Of a DNA stretch of 59,483 nt, positions 20,946 through 30,688 are shown piece by piece (within the stretch, counting starts at the first letter, position 1; each line of letters opens with the position of its first letter). The DNA is taken from assembly GCA_965656805.1 (NCBI GenBank), contig CBFHLW010000001.1, positions 1 to 59,483 on the forward strand. The letters are read 5' to 3'. This DNA comes from Alphaproteobacteria bacterium. Lineage in GTDB: Bacteria > Pseudomonadota > Alphaproteobacteria > RS24. Under the pieces are notes generated by a model. The model was not told where the DNA came from and did no database searches. It was given only the letters and a program-made list of their open reading frames with translations. Position numbers and translations under genes: made by a program.

Positions 20946-21941
20946 CTAAATTGATGCGGAGCTTGGCAAAACGCGATCCGGCGGGCGGTGCTCATCGGCA
21001 AAGGTTTGTATGTTTATAATAACCTTCTCGCCCATGCTTTGGCGCCCTTCACGTGTTGCCGAACTCATGTGCGGAATAAGGGTAACATTGGGCAGTTCAA
21101 GAAGCGCCGGATGGACGGCTGGCTCGCGCTCGAAAACATCAAGCCCCGCACCACCCAATAAACCATCGCTGAGAGCGCGGGCTAGGGCGGCTTCGTCAAT
21201 GACTTCCCCACGACTGGTATTAATAACACTCGCGTGTGGTTGCATTTGCGCAATCCTGCGCCCCGATAAAAGATGGTAGGTCGCCGGTGTATGAGGACAA
21301 TGGATGCTTAATATGTCTATGTGCCGCAGCATACGGTCCAAACTTTCCCAGTAAGTTGCCCCCAATTCCGCTTCTGTTGTTTCGTGAACTCGATGACGAT
21401 TGAAATAATGTATCTCTAGCCCAAAAGCACGAGCGCGCCGTGCAACAGCTGTCCCTATTCGTCCCATTCCAATAATGCCAAGTTTTTTTCCGCCAACGCG
21501 CTGTCCGAGCATCCAATTCGGCGACCAGCCAGTGAATTGACCAGCCTGATGGACAATGCGATTACCCTCTACAAGGCGCCGGGAGACGGCGAGAATAAGG
21601 GCCAGTGTCATGTCTGCTGTATCTTCCGTGAGTACACTTGGCGTATTTGTAACCGTTATGCCATGAGCATAAGCAGCATCAACATCTATATTATCAGTGC
21701 CATTCCCAAAATTTGCTATCAACTTAAGGCGCGGACCCGCGGCCGCAATTAGGTCAGCACTTATTTTATCGGTGACTGTTGGCACCAAAACATCATGGGT
21801 TTGCATGAGCTTGACCAGTTGCTCTGAGGAGAGCGCGCCATCGTCCTCATTGTAGGTTACAGAAAAAAGTTCTCCCATACGAGCCTCGATGGGTGCTGTA
21901 AGACGGCGTGTTAATGCAATGTTAAGGCGACTGTGGGACAA
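20946..21941 (-). CDS. D-isomer-specific 2-hydroxyacid dehydrogenase (glyoxylate/hydroxypyruvate reductase-like)
   Basis: 331 aa. NAD motif GIIGMGRIGTAVARRA and catalytic region NTSRGEVIDE...PHMSSAT. TTG start with a GGAG SD. Confidence 0.85.
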   Translation of the reverse strand: MSHSRLNIALTRRLTAPIEARMGELFSVTYNEDDGALSSEQLVKLMQTHDVLVPTVTDKISADLIAAAGPRLKLIANFGNGTDNIDVDAAYAHGITVTNTPSVLTEDTADMTLALILAVSRRLVEGNRIVHQAGQFTGWSPNWMLGQRVGGKKLGIIGMGRIGTAVARRARAFGLEIHYFNRHRVHETTEAELGATYWESLDRMLRHIDILSIHCPHTPATYHLLSGRRIAQMQPHASVINTSRGEVIDEAALARALSDGLLGGAGLDVFEREPAVHPALLELPNVTLIPHMSSATREGRQSMGEKVIINIQTFADEHRPPDRVLPSSASI

Positions 21942-22096
21942 TGAAAGCTCCTGAGCGTTTTCATGATATTAGCAAATTCCACTCTCTCTAACAGAAGTTT
22001 TTATGTGAGTTTATGGTTCAGCGTCGCTTTTAATATCGTATTGCAAATAAATTTCTAAGTGCTTGTCTATTCGAGTGCGCGTGATATTTTCGGGGC

Positions 22097-22615
22097 ATGA
22101 AAACATTTGCCCGTCATTATTGTCTTCCTTATGTCGTTATATGCACGCTATTGCTTGCCTTTCCGGCTCGCATTTATGCAGATTCGTCCGCACCGTCAGG
22201 CCTAAAACTTCCGCGTTTTGTTAGTATTGTTTTTGATGAAGCTAATATGCGGGTGGGGCCGGGGACTCAATTTCCTGTTAAGTGGCAATATCGACGCGCT
22301 GGAATGCCTTTAGAGGTGATCTCAGAATATGATCAATGGCGCGAGGTCCGCGACCGTGATGGTATTCATGGGTGGATGCATGTCCGTTTGCTTACGGGCG
22401 CACGTTTCGGGCTCGTTACCACAACTGAACCCGGTATCCCAATGAGACGAGACCCGGAAGCTGAAGGCTATATTCTAGCCTTCTTGCGACATGATGTGAT
22501 TGTAAAGCTCAATCAATGTCTTGGTGATTGGTGTGGTGTGAGCACTACGGGCCTTGAAGGATGGGTGCAGCGCTCACACCTTTGGGGTATTTATCCTGAC
22601 GAAATGTTCGATTAA
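22097..22615 (+). CDS. Exported SH3-like domain protein (alphaproteobacterial DUF1058-type)
   Basis: 172 aa with a signal peptide (LLLAFPARIYA-D). Two SH3b-like segments (ANMRVGPGTQFPVKWQY...WREVRDRDGIHGWMH; MRRDPEAEGYILAF...GWVQRSHLWGI). Confidence 0.6.
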   Translation: MKTFARHYCLPYVVICTLLLAFPARIYADSSAPSGLKLPRFVSIVFDEANMRVGPGTQFPVKWQYRRAGMPLEVISEYDQWREVRDRDGIHGWMHVRLLTGARFGLVTTTEPGIPMRRDPEAEGYILAFLRHDVIVKLNQCLGDWCGVSTTGLEGWVQRSHLWGIYPDEMFD

Positions 22616-22653
22616 TTAAAGCGAAACATTCTTTGAGATATGAAACGATAAAT

Positions 22654-23247
22654 CTAAAGATCGAAGTCTTGAGCTAATGACTGACGCGTTTCAGGCGTTA
22701 AGACTGTCATGTGAGCATAGTTTTCATGATCAATGCCAAGCACAACTTGCTCTTCGCCAGCACAGAACTTCTCAATCAGATGATCTGGAAATGGGAAGTG
22801 TAAGAAATGAACAGATGAGGTCTTGCCATCAGAGGCTGTTCGCTCAACATCTTGCTCTGGGACAGCGTAGACTTTTTCACCAGCAACTTGGACAAATGTT
22901 TTTAATTCAACATCTGTGAGGCTCCGCAAAATACTGCCGCGGCGAACGGGGTCATCAATTTCGAACATGAGTGTCACCGTCAACTCTTTGCCTTGTGGAA
23001 TTAATGGATTATAAGCTTCCAACTCATCAACAAGCTGTTCCTCGCCACCTTTTTCGATGTAGAGCATTTCTTGAATTTGCTGCAACATCGTTTCGTAGCT
23101 TTCAAAATAAAATGTAGCATGCGGACCAACATCAATCCGGCGTGGTTTTTTTATCTCGACGATACGCTTACGCAAAGTCGCTCTTTGGGCAAGGTAATCT
23201 TCTGGGCTTAAAATATCATCGCGTGTAATACGTTTGGGAGAAGACAT
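22654..23247 (-). CDS. DUF3501-like protein of unknown function
   Basis: 197 aa, soluble, with no cofactor motif. Assigned from sequence character (..YNPLIPQGKELTVTLMFEI..) and from its position downstream of a CCG-domain Fe-S protein and a rubrerythrin. I recall that context for DUF3501; it needs an HMM check. Confidence 0.6.
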   Translation of the reverse strand: MSSPKRITRDDILSPEDYLAQRATLRKRIVEIKKPRRIDVGPHATFYFESYETMLQQIQEMLYIEKGGEEQLVDELEAYNPLIPQGKELTVTLMFEIDDPVRRGSILRSLTDVELKTFVQVAGEKVYAVPEQDVERTASDGKTSSVHFLHFPFPDHLIEKFCAGEEQVVLGIDHENYAHMTVLTPETRQSLAQDFDL

Positions 23248-23275
23248 GTGCGATCCTTTCAGAAAGTCTTTTGAT

Positions 23276-24628
23276 TTAAACTAGGTTATAAGCGCGCGCA
23301 AAGACCTCAATTGGGTGTGCGGCCTCTGGTGGGTTTTCGACCGTATCCAGGCCATCAACGACCTGAACAAGGTGTTTTGCAGCAAGCGGACAATCAGAGC
23401 ACACGGTCTCAGCATTGCTTTTGGCAACAAGGCGACCAGCAGGCTTACCGATTTTCATTGCAATATCATGTGTCTCTTTCATGACGCCAAATGTGCCGCC
23501 ATGGCCAGAACACCGCTCAATCACTGTGACCTCTGCTTCTGGTATATAGCGCAGAAGTTCAGCAGATTTTGGACCAATATTTTGTGCCCGCGCGTGACAG
23601 GCAAGGTGCATGGCAACGCCACCTTTGAGCGGCTTCATGCCATCGAGAAGCCCCTCATTATTGGCAATGCTCACGACATATTCACTAATATCCTTCGTGG
23701 CCGCGCTCAGCGCTTTGACGTCTTCATTATCTGGCAAAATAAGGGGCCATTCAAATTTAAACATCAATCCGCAGCTCGCTGTTAGGGTGATAATATCTTT
23801 ACCAGCATCTACCAATGGCCGAAGCATGGCTGAAACCTTTGCAGCATTCTCAGCTACTTTAGCAATATTACCCTGTTCTAAGAACGGCATGCCGCAACAC
23901 CCTGGATAATCGGTTTGAACCTGCACACCCAAATGGGCAAGAACAAGTGCTGCAGCCTCGCCAACCGTTGGGTTGTTGTAATTGACAGCGCAGGTAGCGT
24001 ATAGCACAGCCTCGCGACCTTTAGCAGGCCCATTTGGGTTTGGCGCATATGCGCCAGATTTCACCGCGTCGGCGGCGCGTTTCATAAATGTTTTACCCGC
24101 AAATTTCGGTAATTCGGCTTTTTTATCGATACCAATTGTTGCGTCCATGATCGGGCGTGTAATTGGATTACCCGATGTGCTCGCCCAATTCGCAATACCT
24201 GCAATAGGAGCAATGGCTGTCCCGTTACGGTCCATTTGTGCAAGCTGATTTTGGACAAAAGGAGGAGACCCTTTCTCCTTTAATTCTACAGCGCGTGCAC
24301 GCAACATGAGGTGAGGGAAATCAAGATTAAATTCGTGTGGCGGCACATAAGGACATTTGGTCATGAAGCAGAGGTCACATAAAGTACAAGCCTCAACGAC
24401 TGGCGCAAAATCTGCGCTTTCTACCGTGTCAAGCTCGCCGCTCTCGCTGTCGTCGATCAGATCGAAGAGTCGGGGGAAACTATCGCAAAGATTAAAACAG
24501 CGTCGGCACCCATGACAAATGTCAAACTGGCGGCGCAGCTCTTCATCAAGCTCTGCTTGATCATAAAATGCTTCCGTTTGCCATTCGATCGGATGGCGGA
24601 TTGGCGCTTCTGTGCTGCCTTCTTTCAT
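23276..24628 (-). CDS. (Fe-S)-binding protein, GlpC/HdrD-like with CCG domains
   Basis: Two 4Fe-4S motifs (CHGCRRCFNLCDSFP; CTLCDLCFMTKCPYVPP) and C-terminal CCG-type Cys motifs (PGCCGMP; ERCSGHGG; CSDCP). ATG 24628 has a GGAGAG SD and is preferred to TTG 24640. Confidence 0.8.
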   Translation of the reverse strand: MKEGSTEAPIRHPIEWQTEAFYDQAELDEELRRQFDICHGCRRCFNLCDSFPRLFDLIDDSESGELDTVESADFAPVVEACTLCDLCFMTKCPYVPPHEFNLDFPHLMLRARAVELKEKGSPPFVQNQLAQMDRNGTAIAPIAGIANWASTSGNPITRPIMDATIGIDKKAELPKFAGKTFMKRAADAVKSGAYAPNPNGPAKGREAVLYATCAVNYNNPTVGEAAALVLAHLGVQVQTDYPGCCGMPFLEQGNIAKVAENAAKVSAMLRPLVDAGKDIITLTASCGLMFKFEWPLILPDNEDVKALSAATKDISEYVVSIANNEGLLDGMKPLKGGVAMHLACHARAQNIGPKSAELLRYIPEAEVTVIERCSGHGGTFGVMKETHDIAMKIGKPAGRLVAKSNAETVCSDCPLAAKHLVQVVDGLDTVENPPEAAHPIEVFARAYNLV

Positions 24629-24750
24629 AACACTCTCCAAGAGTATGCTGTCGCATAATAAATAGTGTGATACTTGAAACGCTATATCAGGTCATTACAA
24701 TAAGTGTCGCCGTCTTTTAAGCACTTCGTTCAAATCGTCGCCGTCATAAT

Positions 24751-24772
24751 CGGTCCGGCCAAAGCCGGACCG
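24751..24772 (-). other. GC-rich intercistronic stem-loop between the rubrerythrin and Fe-S genes
   Basis: CGGTCCGGC-(4 nt)-GCCGGACCG, a 9-bp perfect stem. No U-tract follows on the minus strand, so it is more likely a processing, stability or attenuation element than a full terminator. Confidence 0.35.
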
Positions 24773-24795
24773 ATATGTCGTCTTAGTCTGTCTTA

Positions 24796-25212
24796 TTAGT
24801 CCATTGAATCCAATGCTTTTTGGAAACGTCCGGCGTGCGACTTTTCTGCTTTCGCAAGTGTTTCGAACCAATCTGCGATTTCGTCAAAACCTTCGTCACG
24901 CGCTGTACGCGCCATGCCTGGATACATGTCTGTGTACTCGTGTGTTTCACCAGCGATTGCTGACTTCAAATTGTCTTCTGTTGAGCCAATTTTTTCGCCC
25001 GTTGCTGGATCGCCGACTTCTTCCATGAACTCAAGGTGACCATGCGCGTGGCCAGTTTCACCTTCAGCTGTTGAACGGAAGACTGATGCAACATCATTAT
25101 AACCTTCTACGTCGGCTTTTTGCGCGAAATAGAGGTAACGACGGTTTGCTTGGCTTTCGCCAGAGAACGCGTCTTTCAAGTTTTGTAGTGTTTTCGATTC
25201 TGCAAGAGACAT
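24796..25212 (-). CDS. Rubrerythrin-family diiron protein (no rubredoxin domain)
   Basis: 138 aa. Ferritin-like ExxH pairs ([10 protein letters not shown]; AGETHEY; AEKSHAGRF) and an N-terminal [23 protein letters not shown]. Confidence 0.9.
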   Translation of the reverse strand: MSLAESKTLQNLKDAFSGESQANRRYLYFAQKADVEGYNDVASVFRSTAEGETGHAHGHLEFMEEVGDPATGEKIGSTEDNLKSAIAGETHEYTDMYPGMARTARDEGFDEIADWFETLAKAEKSHAGRFQKALDSMD

Positions 25213-25291
25213 TTGTCACTCCTCAGTTTGCGTTAACCAATCGGATTATACCGACACCAATTTAGACAGAGGCGAACTCTATCTGTTACTG

Positions 25292-25320
25292 AATATAGTG
25301 TCCCTGATGGATGGCGTCAA
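25292..25320 (-). promoter_or_regulatory. Sigma-70-type promoter for the rubrerythrin operon
   Basis: Minus strand: TTGACG (25320..25315), 17 nt, TATATT (25297..25292). The -10 element lies about 80 nt upstream of the rubrerythrin ATG. Confidence 0.5.
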
Positions 25321-25324
25321 GTAA

Positions 25325-25341
25325 TTTAGAATAATTCTAAA
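25325..25341. promoter_or_regulatory. Iron control element (ICE), Irr binding site
   Basis: TTTAGAATAATTCTAAA is an exact match to the published ICE palindrome TTTAGAA-N3-TTCTAAA. It sits 4 bp upstream of the -35 element and immediately downstream of the irr gene. Confidence 0.75.
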
Positions 25342-25481
25342 AAATAATTAGAAGCTTCAATTGAAAATTATAAAAAAGTTTAATCTTGGAACGCAATTCC
25401 TTGTTCAAGCGACCACAGCCATGTGACGTATCGCACTGATAAGGTATGTCTCACAAAGCCGAAAACCTTAGAAATAAAGGA

Positions 25482-25937
25482 TTAGGCTGTTTTAGGGGTT
25501 AAGCGTAAAACAATGTCAACGCCGGACATATCAAAACCCTCAGGGGCTTTGGGCAGATCGCTAATCTGTATTGCTTTTGATGGGACGTCGATGAGTTCAC
25601 CAGTAGATTCAACAAAGAAGTGATGATGGCCACCAAGATTTGTATCAAAATAGCTGCGAGCACTATCAACAACAACCTGCCGTAATAGGCCTGCGTCAAG
25701 AAACTGGTTCAGCGTATTATAGACAGTTGCCAATGAAACAGCCAATCCTTCGCCTTTCGCCTCTTCATACAACCTCTCGGCAGTTAAATGACGGTCACCG
25801 TGACGAAACAGCAAAAAGGCTAATAACATGCGCGGACGCGTCATGCGCAGACCCGCAGCACGCAACCGTTGTTCTAGGGCGCGCTCCTGCTCAGGAGATA
25901 CGTTAATAGATTTATCAGCGGATGTGTCTAGGGTCAT
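25482..25937 (-). CDS. irr: Iron response regulator Irr (Fur family)
   Basis: HLTAERLYEEA...VSLATVYNTLNQFLDAGLLRQV..YFDTNLGGHHHFF closely parallels Bradyrhizobium Irr, including the HHH motif. Start at ATG 25937 or GTG 25949. Confidence 0.9.
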   Translation of the reverse strand: MTLDTSADKSINVSPEQERALEQRLRAAGLRMTRPRMLLAFLLFRHGDRHLTAERLYEEAKGEGLAVSLATVYNTLNQFLDAGLLRQVVVDSARSYFDTNLGGHHHFFVESTGELIDVPSKAIQISDLPKAPEGFDMSGVDIVLRLTPKTA

Positions 25938-26009
25938 GTTGTAACGCACTAACTTGGCTGTTTATAATCATTCCAAAATAGTCTTGCTTAAATTTAATGT
26001 CAAGAACAG

Positions 26010-26026
26010 ATCCGCATAATGCGGAT
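26010..26026. promoter_or_regulatory. Perfect 8-1-8 palindrome in the irr/fabA divergent region (candidate operator)
   Basis: ATCCGCAT-A-ATGCGGAT. No flanking U/T tract, so it is not terminator-like. Confidence 0.3.
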
Positions 26027-26231
26027 ATCCTGTGATTTGGTGCCTTCGCATGCTTGTTTGAGGCTGTTTTTGCATAACCTTTAAAAAAATTATCAATAAA
26101 CCAATCTGACATTTCCAATATGAGACGCAATAATAAGCCTCTATGGCTTTGCCTATAAGGACACATCATGCTAACTTTGGTCTTAATACTAGTAATAAAT
26201 GAGTGGCCCCAGCTGCTCTTGGGGGGTTAAA

Positions 26232-26747
26232 TTGTCGGAACGCAAATCGTCATTAACATATGAAGAACTCATCGCCTGTAGCCAAGGTAAAATGTTTGGC
26301 AAAGGGAACGCACAACTTCCGGCGCCGCCCATGCTTATGTGTGATCGGATTACTCATATCAGCGACACAGGCGGGGCATATGACAAAGGCCAAATCATCG
26401 CCGAGCTTGATATTAAACCAGACCTTTGGTTTTTTGAGTGTCACTTTGAAAACGACCCTGTCATGCCCGGCTGTCTTGGATTGGATGCAATGTGGCAGCT
26501 TATTGGCTTTCACTTGGGTTGGCTTGGTCAGAAAGGACGAGGACGCGCTCTGGGCTGCGGCGAGGTCAAATTTAGAGGACAAATTCTGCCGACGAATAAA
26601 TTGGCCCGTTACGAAATTGATATACGCCGCATCATGACGGGCAAACTCATTATGGGAATTGGCAATGCACGTTTGCTTGTCGATGAAAAAGAAATTTATA
26701 CGGCCACCGATTTACGCGTTGGTCTTTTTGGGGCGAATGCATTCTAG
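26232..26747 (+). CDS. fabA: 3-hydroxydecanoyl-ACP dehydratase/isomerase FabA
   Basis: [28 protein letters not shown]...[24 protein letters not shown] contains the FabA active-site His/Asp context. I prefer TTG 26232, which has a GGGGGG SD 5 nt upstream and gives a FabA-like 171 aa. The ORF-track ATG 26199 has no SD. Confidence 0.9.
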   Translation: MSERKSSLTYEELIACSQGKMFGKGNAQLPAPPMLMCDRITHISDTGGAYDKGQIIAELDIKPDLWFFECHFENDPVMPGCLGLDAMWQLIGFHLGWLGQKGRGRALGCGEVKFRGQILPTNKLARYEIDIRRIMTGKLIMGIGNARLLVDEKEIYTATDLRVGLFGANAF

Positions 26748-26784
26748 CATTATACCTTTAACAAATATATTCTGGAGATAGATT

Positions 26785-27996
26785 ATGCGCAGAGTAGCAG
26801 TTACCGGCCTTGGTATTATTTCTTGTATAGGGAATAACGCAAAAGAAGTCTCTCAAAGCCTTTATGAAGGTCGCTCAGGCATCACCGCTTACGCGCCATT
26901 TGCTGAACTTGGATTCAGGTCGCAAATTGCCGGTGTGCCAACCATCGATATTGATAGCGCCATCGACAAGCGCGTTCGTCGCTTCATGGGTGATGGTGCC
27001 GCATGGAACTATATTGCAATGGAGCAGGCAATCGCAGATGCCGGGCTTGAAGAAAATGATATTGTAAACCCTCGCACAGGCTTAATTATGGGCTCAGGTG
27101 GACCCTCGACCAAAGCGCTTATTGCTGCGGCCGATACAGCTCGCAATTCCAGCCCTAAACGGGTTGGCCCTTTTGCGGTTCCCAAATGCATGAGCTCAAC
27201 CAATTCGGCAACGCTTGCAACACCCTATGGTATTAAAGGTGTCAACTACACCATCAGCAGTGCTTGTGCCACATCAACGCATTGTATTGGCAATGCCGCA
27301 GAACTCATTCAGTGGGGCAAGCAAGACGTAATGTTTGCCGGCGGTGGTGAGGAGCTTGACTGGGCTTTATCTGTTTTATTCGATGCCATGGGTGCCATGT
27401 CGAGCAAATATAATGAAACCCCAACCATTGCTTCACGTGCCTTTGATGTAAATCGCGATGGCTTTGTGATTTCTGGTGGTGCTGGCGTTTTAGTGCTCGA
27501 AGAAATGGAACGTGCAAAAGCCCGGGGCGCCAAAATATATGCAGAGATTGTTGGATATGGCGCAACCTCAGATGGGCAGGATATGGTGCAGCCTTCTGGT
27601 GAGGGCGGACGCCGCTGTATGGAAATGGCGATGGCTGGCCTCGATGGCCCAGTTGACTATATCAACCCCCATGCCACATCAACACCTGTTGGTGACACCA
27701 GCGAAATCGACTCCCTCCGCGCTTTATTCGGTTCCAACTGCCCATCCATTAGTGCAACAAAATCTCTAACGGGGCACAGCTTAGGCGCCGCTGGCGTACA
27801 GGAAGCTATTTACAGCCTCCTCATGATGCAGGGCAATTTTATTGCGCCTTCAGCTCACATTGAGGAGATCGACCCCGCTTTTGCTGATATGCCTATTGTT
27901 CGTGAGCGCATTGATAATGCAAAACTCGATATTATCTTATCCAATAGTTTTGGTTTTGGCGGCACCAATGGATCACTCGCCTTTAAGCGCGTCTGA
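26785..27996 (+). CDS. fabB: Beta-ketoacyl-ACP synthase I
   Basis: 403 aa. Active-site Cys in ISSACATS, His motifs [12 protein letters not shown] and GHSLGAAG, C-terminal NSFGFGGTN. It follows fabA, as expected for fabB. Confidence 0.93.
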   Translation: MRRVAVTGLGIISCIGNNAKEVSQSLYEGRSGITAYAPFAELGFRSQIAGVPTIDIDSAIDKRVRRFMGDGAAWNYIAMEQAIADAGLEENDIVNPRTGLIMGSGGPSTKALIAAADTARNSSPKRVGPFAVPKCMSSTNSATLATPYGIKGVNYTISSACATSTHCIGNAAELIQWGKQDVMFAGGGEELDWALSVLFDAMGAMSSKYNETPTIASRAFDVNRDGFVISGGAGVLVLEEMERAKARGAKIYAEIVGYGATSDGQDMVQPSGEGGRRCMEMAMAGLDGPVDYINPHATSTPVGDTSEIDSLRALFGSNCPSISATKSLTGHSLGAAGVQEAIYSLLMMQGNFIAPSAHIEEIDPAFADMPIVRERIDNAKLDIILSNSFGFGGTNGSLAFKRV

Positions 27997-28051
27997 TGCG
28001 ACTTGCAACCTAAGGCACTCACTTTCGTGCAAGAAATATAAATCCGCACAT

Positions 28052-28090
28052 AAAAAAACGCCGCCCAATCTCTGGAGCGGCGTTTCTTTT
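28052..28090. terminator. Bidirectional rho-independent terminator between convergent fabB and pnp
   Basis: AAACGCCGC (28056..28064) pairs with GCGGCGTTT (28077..28085). It is flanked by an A7 run on the left and TTTCTTTT on the right, so it reads as stem plus U-tract on both strands. Confidence 0.75.
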
Positions 28091-28107
28091 ATTGACTATT
28101 CTTAAGA

Positions 28108-30234
28108 TTAATCAGCAGCTTCATCGGCGCTTTCAAGGTCGGCACCTGTTTCCTGATCAACGACTTTCATTGACAAACGGACTTTGCCACGATCATCAAA
28201 TCCAAGCAGTTTTACTTTGACGGTCTGACCTTCTTTAACGATGTCAGAAACTTTCTCAACGCGGTCTTCTGCAAGCTGTGAAATATGGACAAGCCCATCA
28301 CGCTTGCCAAAGAAGTTTACGAATGCACCAAAGTCCATGACTTTGACAACCGTACCTTCATAGATCACGCCAACTTCTGGCTCGGCCGCAATAGAGTTAA
28401 TCCAATCGATCGCTGCTTTGATCTTGTCACCATCGCTCGATGCAACTTTAATCACACCATCGTCAGAGATATCAATTTTTGCGCCCGTCGTTTCAACAAT
28501 TTCACGAATAACCTTACCGCCAGAGCCAATCACTTCACGGATCTTATCAACCGCAATTTTAATGGTTTCAATCTTAGGTGCATAAGTTCCAGTTTCACCG
28601 CGCGCCGTATCTAAGGCACGTGACATTTCCCCAAGAATATGGTTTCTGCCGCCGCGTGCTTGGTCGAGAGCAACGCGCATAATCTCTTCTGTGATACCCG
28701 TAATTTTGATATCCATTTGAAGAGACGTAATGCCGTCGGCCGTACCCGCTACTTTAAAGTCCATATCGCCAAGATGATCTTCATCACCTAAGATATCTGA
28801 AAGAACTGCGAATTCATCACCTTCTTTGATTAATCCCATGGCAATACCAGCAACAGCTGTTTTCAACGGCACACCTGCATCCATCATCGCAAGCGATGAG
28901 CCACACACCGTTGCCAGAGATGAAGATCCGTTAGATTCTGTGATTTCAGAAACCAAGCGCAGTGTATAAGGGAATTCTTCTTTGCTTGGTAAAACAGCGT
29001 GTAATGCACGCCACGCCAACTTGCCGTGACCGATCTCTCGGCGACCCGTAAAGCCAACACGACCTGTTTCACCAACTGAGAATGGTGGGAAGTTATAATG
29101 CAGCATGAAGTTTGATTTATATGTGCCTTCAAGCGCATCAATCATCTGCTCATCATCACCTGTTCCCAGTGTTGCGACAACCAGTGCTTGTGTTTCACCT
29201 CGTGTGAACAGGGCGGACCCATGCGCACGCGGTAAGACACCTACTTCAGATTCAATACGACGCACATCTTCAAGGCCACGCCCATCAATACGTTTTTTCG
29301 TTTTAAGAATTGAACCACGCACAATGTCGCTTTCCAAACCTTTAAATGCGCCCCCCACAGCAATAGACTCATCCGGCGTGCTGGTTGCGGTCAAAAGTGC
29401 TTCTTTCACGTTATCTTTTGCGAGGGCAATTTTTTCTTGTCGTTCCTGCTTGTCGCCAATCTGATAGGCTTCTTCAAGCGCTGACTGAGCGATCTCTGCC
29501 ACTTTGGCGCGAAGCTCCTCGTCATTAACTTCTGGGACAACCCGTGGTTCTTTTGCACATTTTTCGGCCATGCGAATGACCGCATCGATCACAGGCTGGA
29601 AGTGTTTATGACCAAACATAACGGCCCCAAGCATGACATCTTCAGATAGCCCTTTGGCTTCAGATTCAACCATAAGAACCGCGTCTTGCGTTCCTGCTAC
29701 AACAAGCTCGAGGTCGCTATCACCATATGTATCGATTTCTGGGTTAAGCACATATTCGCCATCAATAAAGCCAACGCGCGCAGCGCCTATTGGCCCCATG
29801 AAAGGAACACCTGAAATTGTGAGCGCTGCAGATACAGCAACCATTGCAACAATATCAGGATCATTCTCAAGATCATGCGATAAAACTGTCGCAATAACTT
29901 GGGTTTCGTTTTTAAAACCTTTAACAAAAAGCGGACGGATTGGACGGTCAATCAAACGAGAAATCAATGTTTCACGTTCGCTGGGGCGTCCTTCGCGCTT
30001 AAAATAACCGCCGGGAATTTTACCCGCAGCATATGTTTTTTCTTGGTAATTCACAGTTAATGGGAAAAAATCAATCCCAGATTTTGGTTGGCGATCGGCG
30101 ACAACCGTTGCCATGACAGTGGTTTCACCATATGTGGCTATAACAGCACCATCAGCCTGACGAGCAATCTTGCCTGTCTCAAGTGTGAGCGTGCGCCCAC
30201 CCCATTCTATTTCTTCACGCGTAATATCAAACAT
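28108..30234 (-). CDS. pnp: Polynucleotide phosphorylase
   Basis: 708 aa. Two RNase PH domains (start [31 protein letters not shown]), then KH and S1 domains ([13 protein letters not shown]). Confidence 0.97.
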   Translation of the reverse strand: MFDITREEIEWGGRTLTLETGKIARQADGAVIATYGETTVMATVVADRQPKSGIDFFPLTVNYQEKTYAAGKIPGGYFKREGRPSERETLISRLIDRPIRPLFVKGFKNETQVIATVLSHDLENDPDIVAMVAVSAALTISGVPFMGPIGAARVGFIDGEYVLNPEIDTYGDSDLELVVAGTQDAVLMVESEAKGLSEDVMLGAVMFGHKHFQPVIDAVIRMAEKCAKEPRVVPEVNDEELRAKVAEIAQSALEEAYQIGDKQERQEKIALAKDNVKEALLTATSTPDESIAVGGAFKGLESDIVRGSILKTKKRIDGRGLEDVRRIESEVGVLPRAHGSALFTRGETQALVVATLGTGDDEQMIDALEGTYKSNFMLHYNFPPFSVGETGRVGFTGRREIGHGKLAWRALHAVLPSKEEFPYTLRLVSEITESNGSSSLATVCGSSLAMMDAGVPLKTAVAGIAMGLIKEGDEFAVLSDILGDEDHLGDMDFKVAGTADGITSLQMDIKITGITEEIMRVALDQARGGRNHILGEMSRALDTARGETGTYAPKIETIKIAVDKIREVIGSGGKVIREIVETTGAKIDISDDGVIKVASSDGDKIKAAIDWINSIAAEPEVGVIYEGTVVKVMDFGAFVNFFGKRDGLVHISQLAEDRVEKVSDIVKEGQTVKVKLLGFDDRGKVRLSMKVVDQETGADLESADEAAD

Positions 30235-30348
30235 CGTTCTTCTATCTTTCCTTACCAGCAGAATGTACCGGGCACACCTGCCGCCGCCAAAACGGGTTTT
30301 CCAAAATGAGGCCTCCTATGAGCCGACCTCGACATAATAGACATCATG

Positions 30349-30410
30349 AGCAGTTTCTAAAGAAACTGCTTTTGCCGGGCTCTACGACAAAGTTTGGCAA
30401 AATTGCCAAA
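30349..30410 (-). promoter_or_regulatory. Structured rpsO-pnp intergenic leader (two hairpins)
   Basis: Hairpin 1: TTTGGCAA-2 nt-TTGCCAAA (30393..30410), just after the rpsO stop. Hairpin 2: 9-bp stem AGCAGTTTC/GAAACTGCT (30349..30370). Flanking GAGCC/GGCUC segments could extend the helix. Confidence 0.4.
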
Positions 30411-30416
30411 TAGGAA

Positions 30417-30686
30417 TTAACGGCGAATACCAAGACGCTCAATCAAAGATTGGTAGCGGCTTACATCACGCGACTTTACATAATCAAGCAAGCGGCGACG
30501 TAGGCTCACCATTTTTAACAATCCACGCCGTGAGTGGTTGTCTTTCTTATGAGACTTAAAATGCTCAGTCAGATTGGTGATACGTTCGGTTAAAATGGCA
30601 ACTTGGACTTCAGGAGAACCTGTGTCGCCCTCTTTTGTTGCATATTCTTTTATTAGCGCTTGTTTGCGCTCATCAGTTATCGACAT
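30417..30686 (-). CDS. rpsO: 30S ribosomal protein S15
   Basis: 89 aa. Contains [41 protein letters not shown]. Confidence 0.97.
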   Translation of the reverse strand: MSITDERKQALIKEYATKEGDTGSPEVQVAILTERITNLTEHFKSHKKDNHSRRGLLKMVSLRRRLLDYVKSRDVSRYQSLIERLGIRR

Positions 30687-30688
30687 CG

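Noticed and set aside
25915-26169. An 84-aa minus-strand ORF upstream of and overlapping the irr start, and a 73-aa plus-strand ORF at 39943..40164 overlapping the XRE gene
   Set aside because: Neither has an SD or a recognisable motif. Each overlaps a well-supported gene or promoter region and has an atypical composition, so they are most likely spurious.
27997-28107. Missing fabI after fabA-fabB, considered as a possible deletion scar
   Set aside because: The spacer holds a clean bidirectional terminator shared with convergent pnp and shows no gene remnants. fabI is probably encoded elsewhere in the genome.
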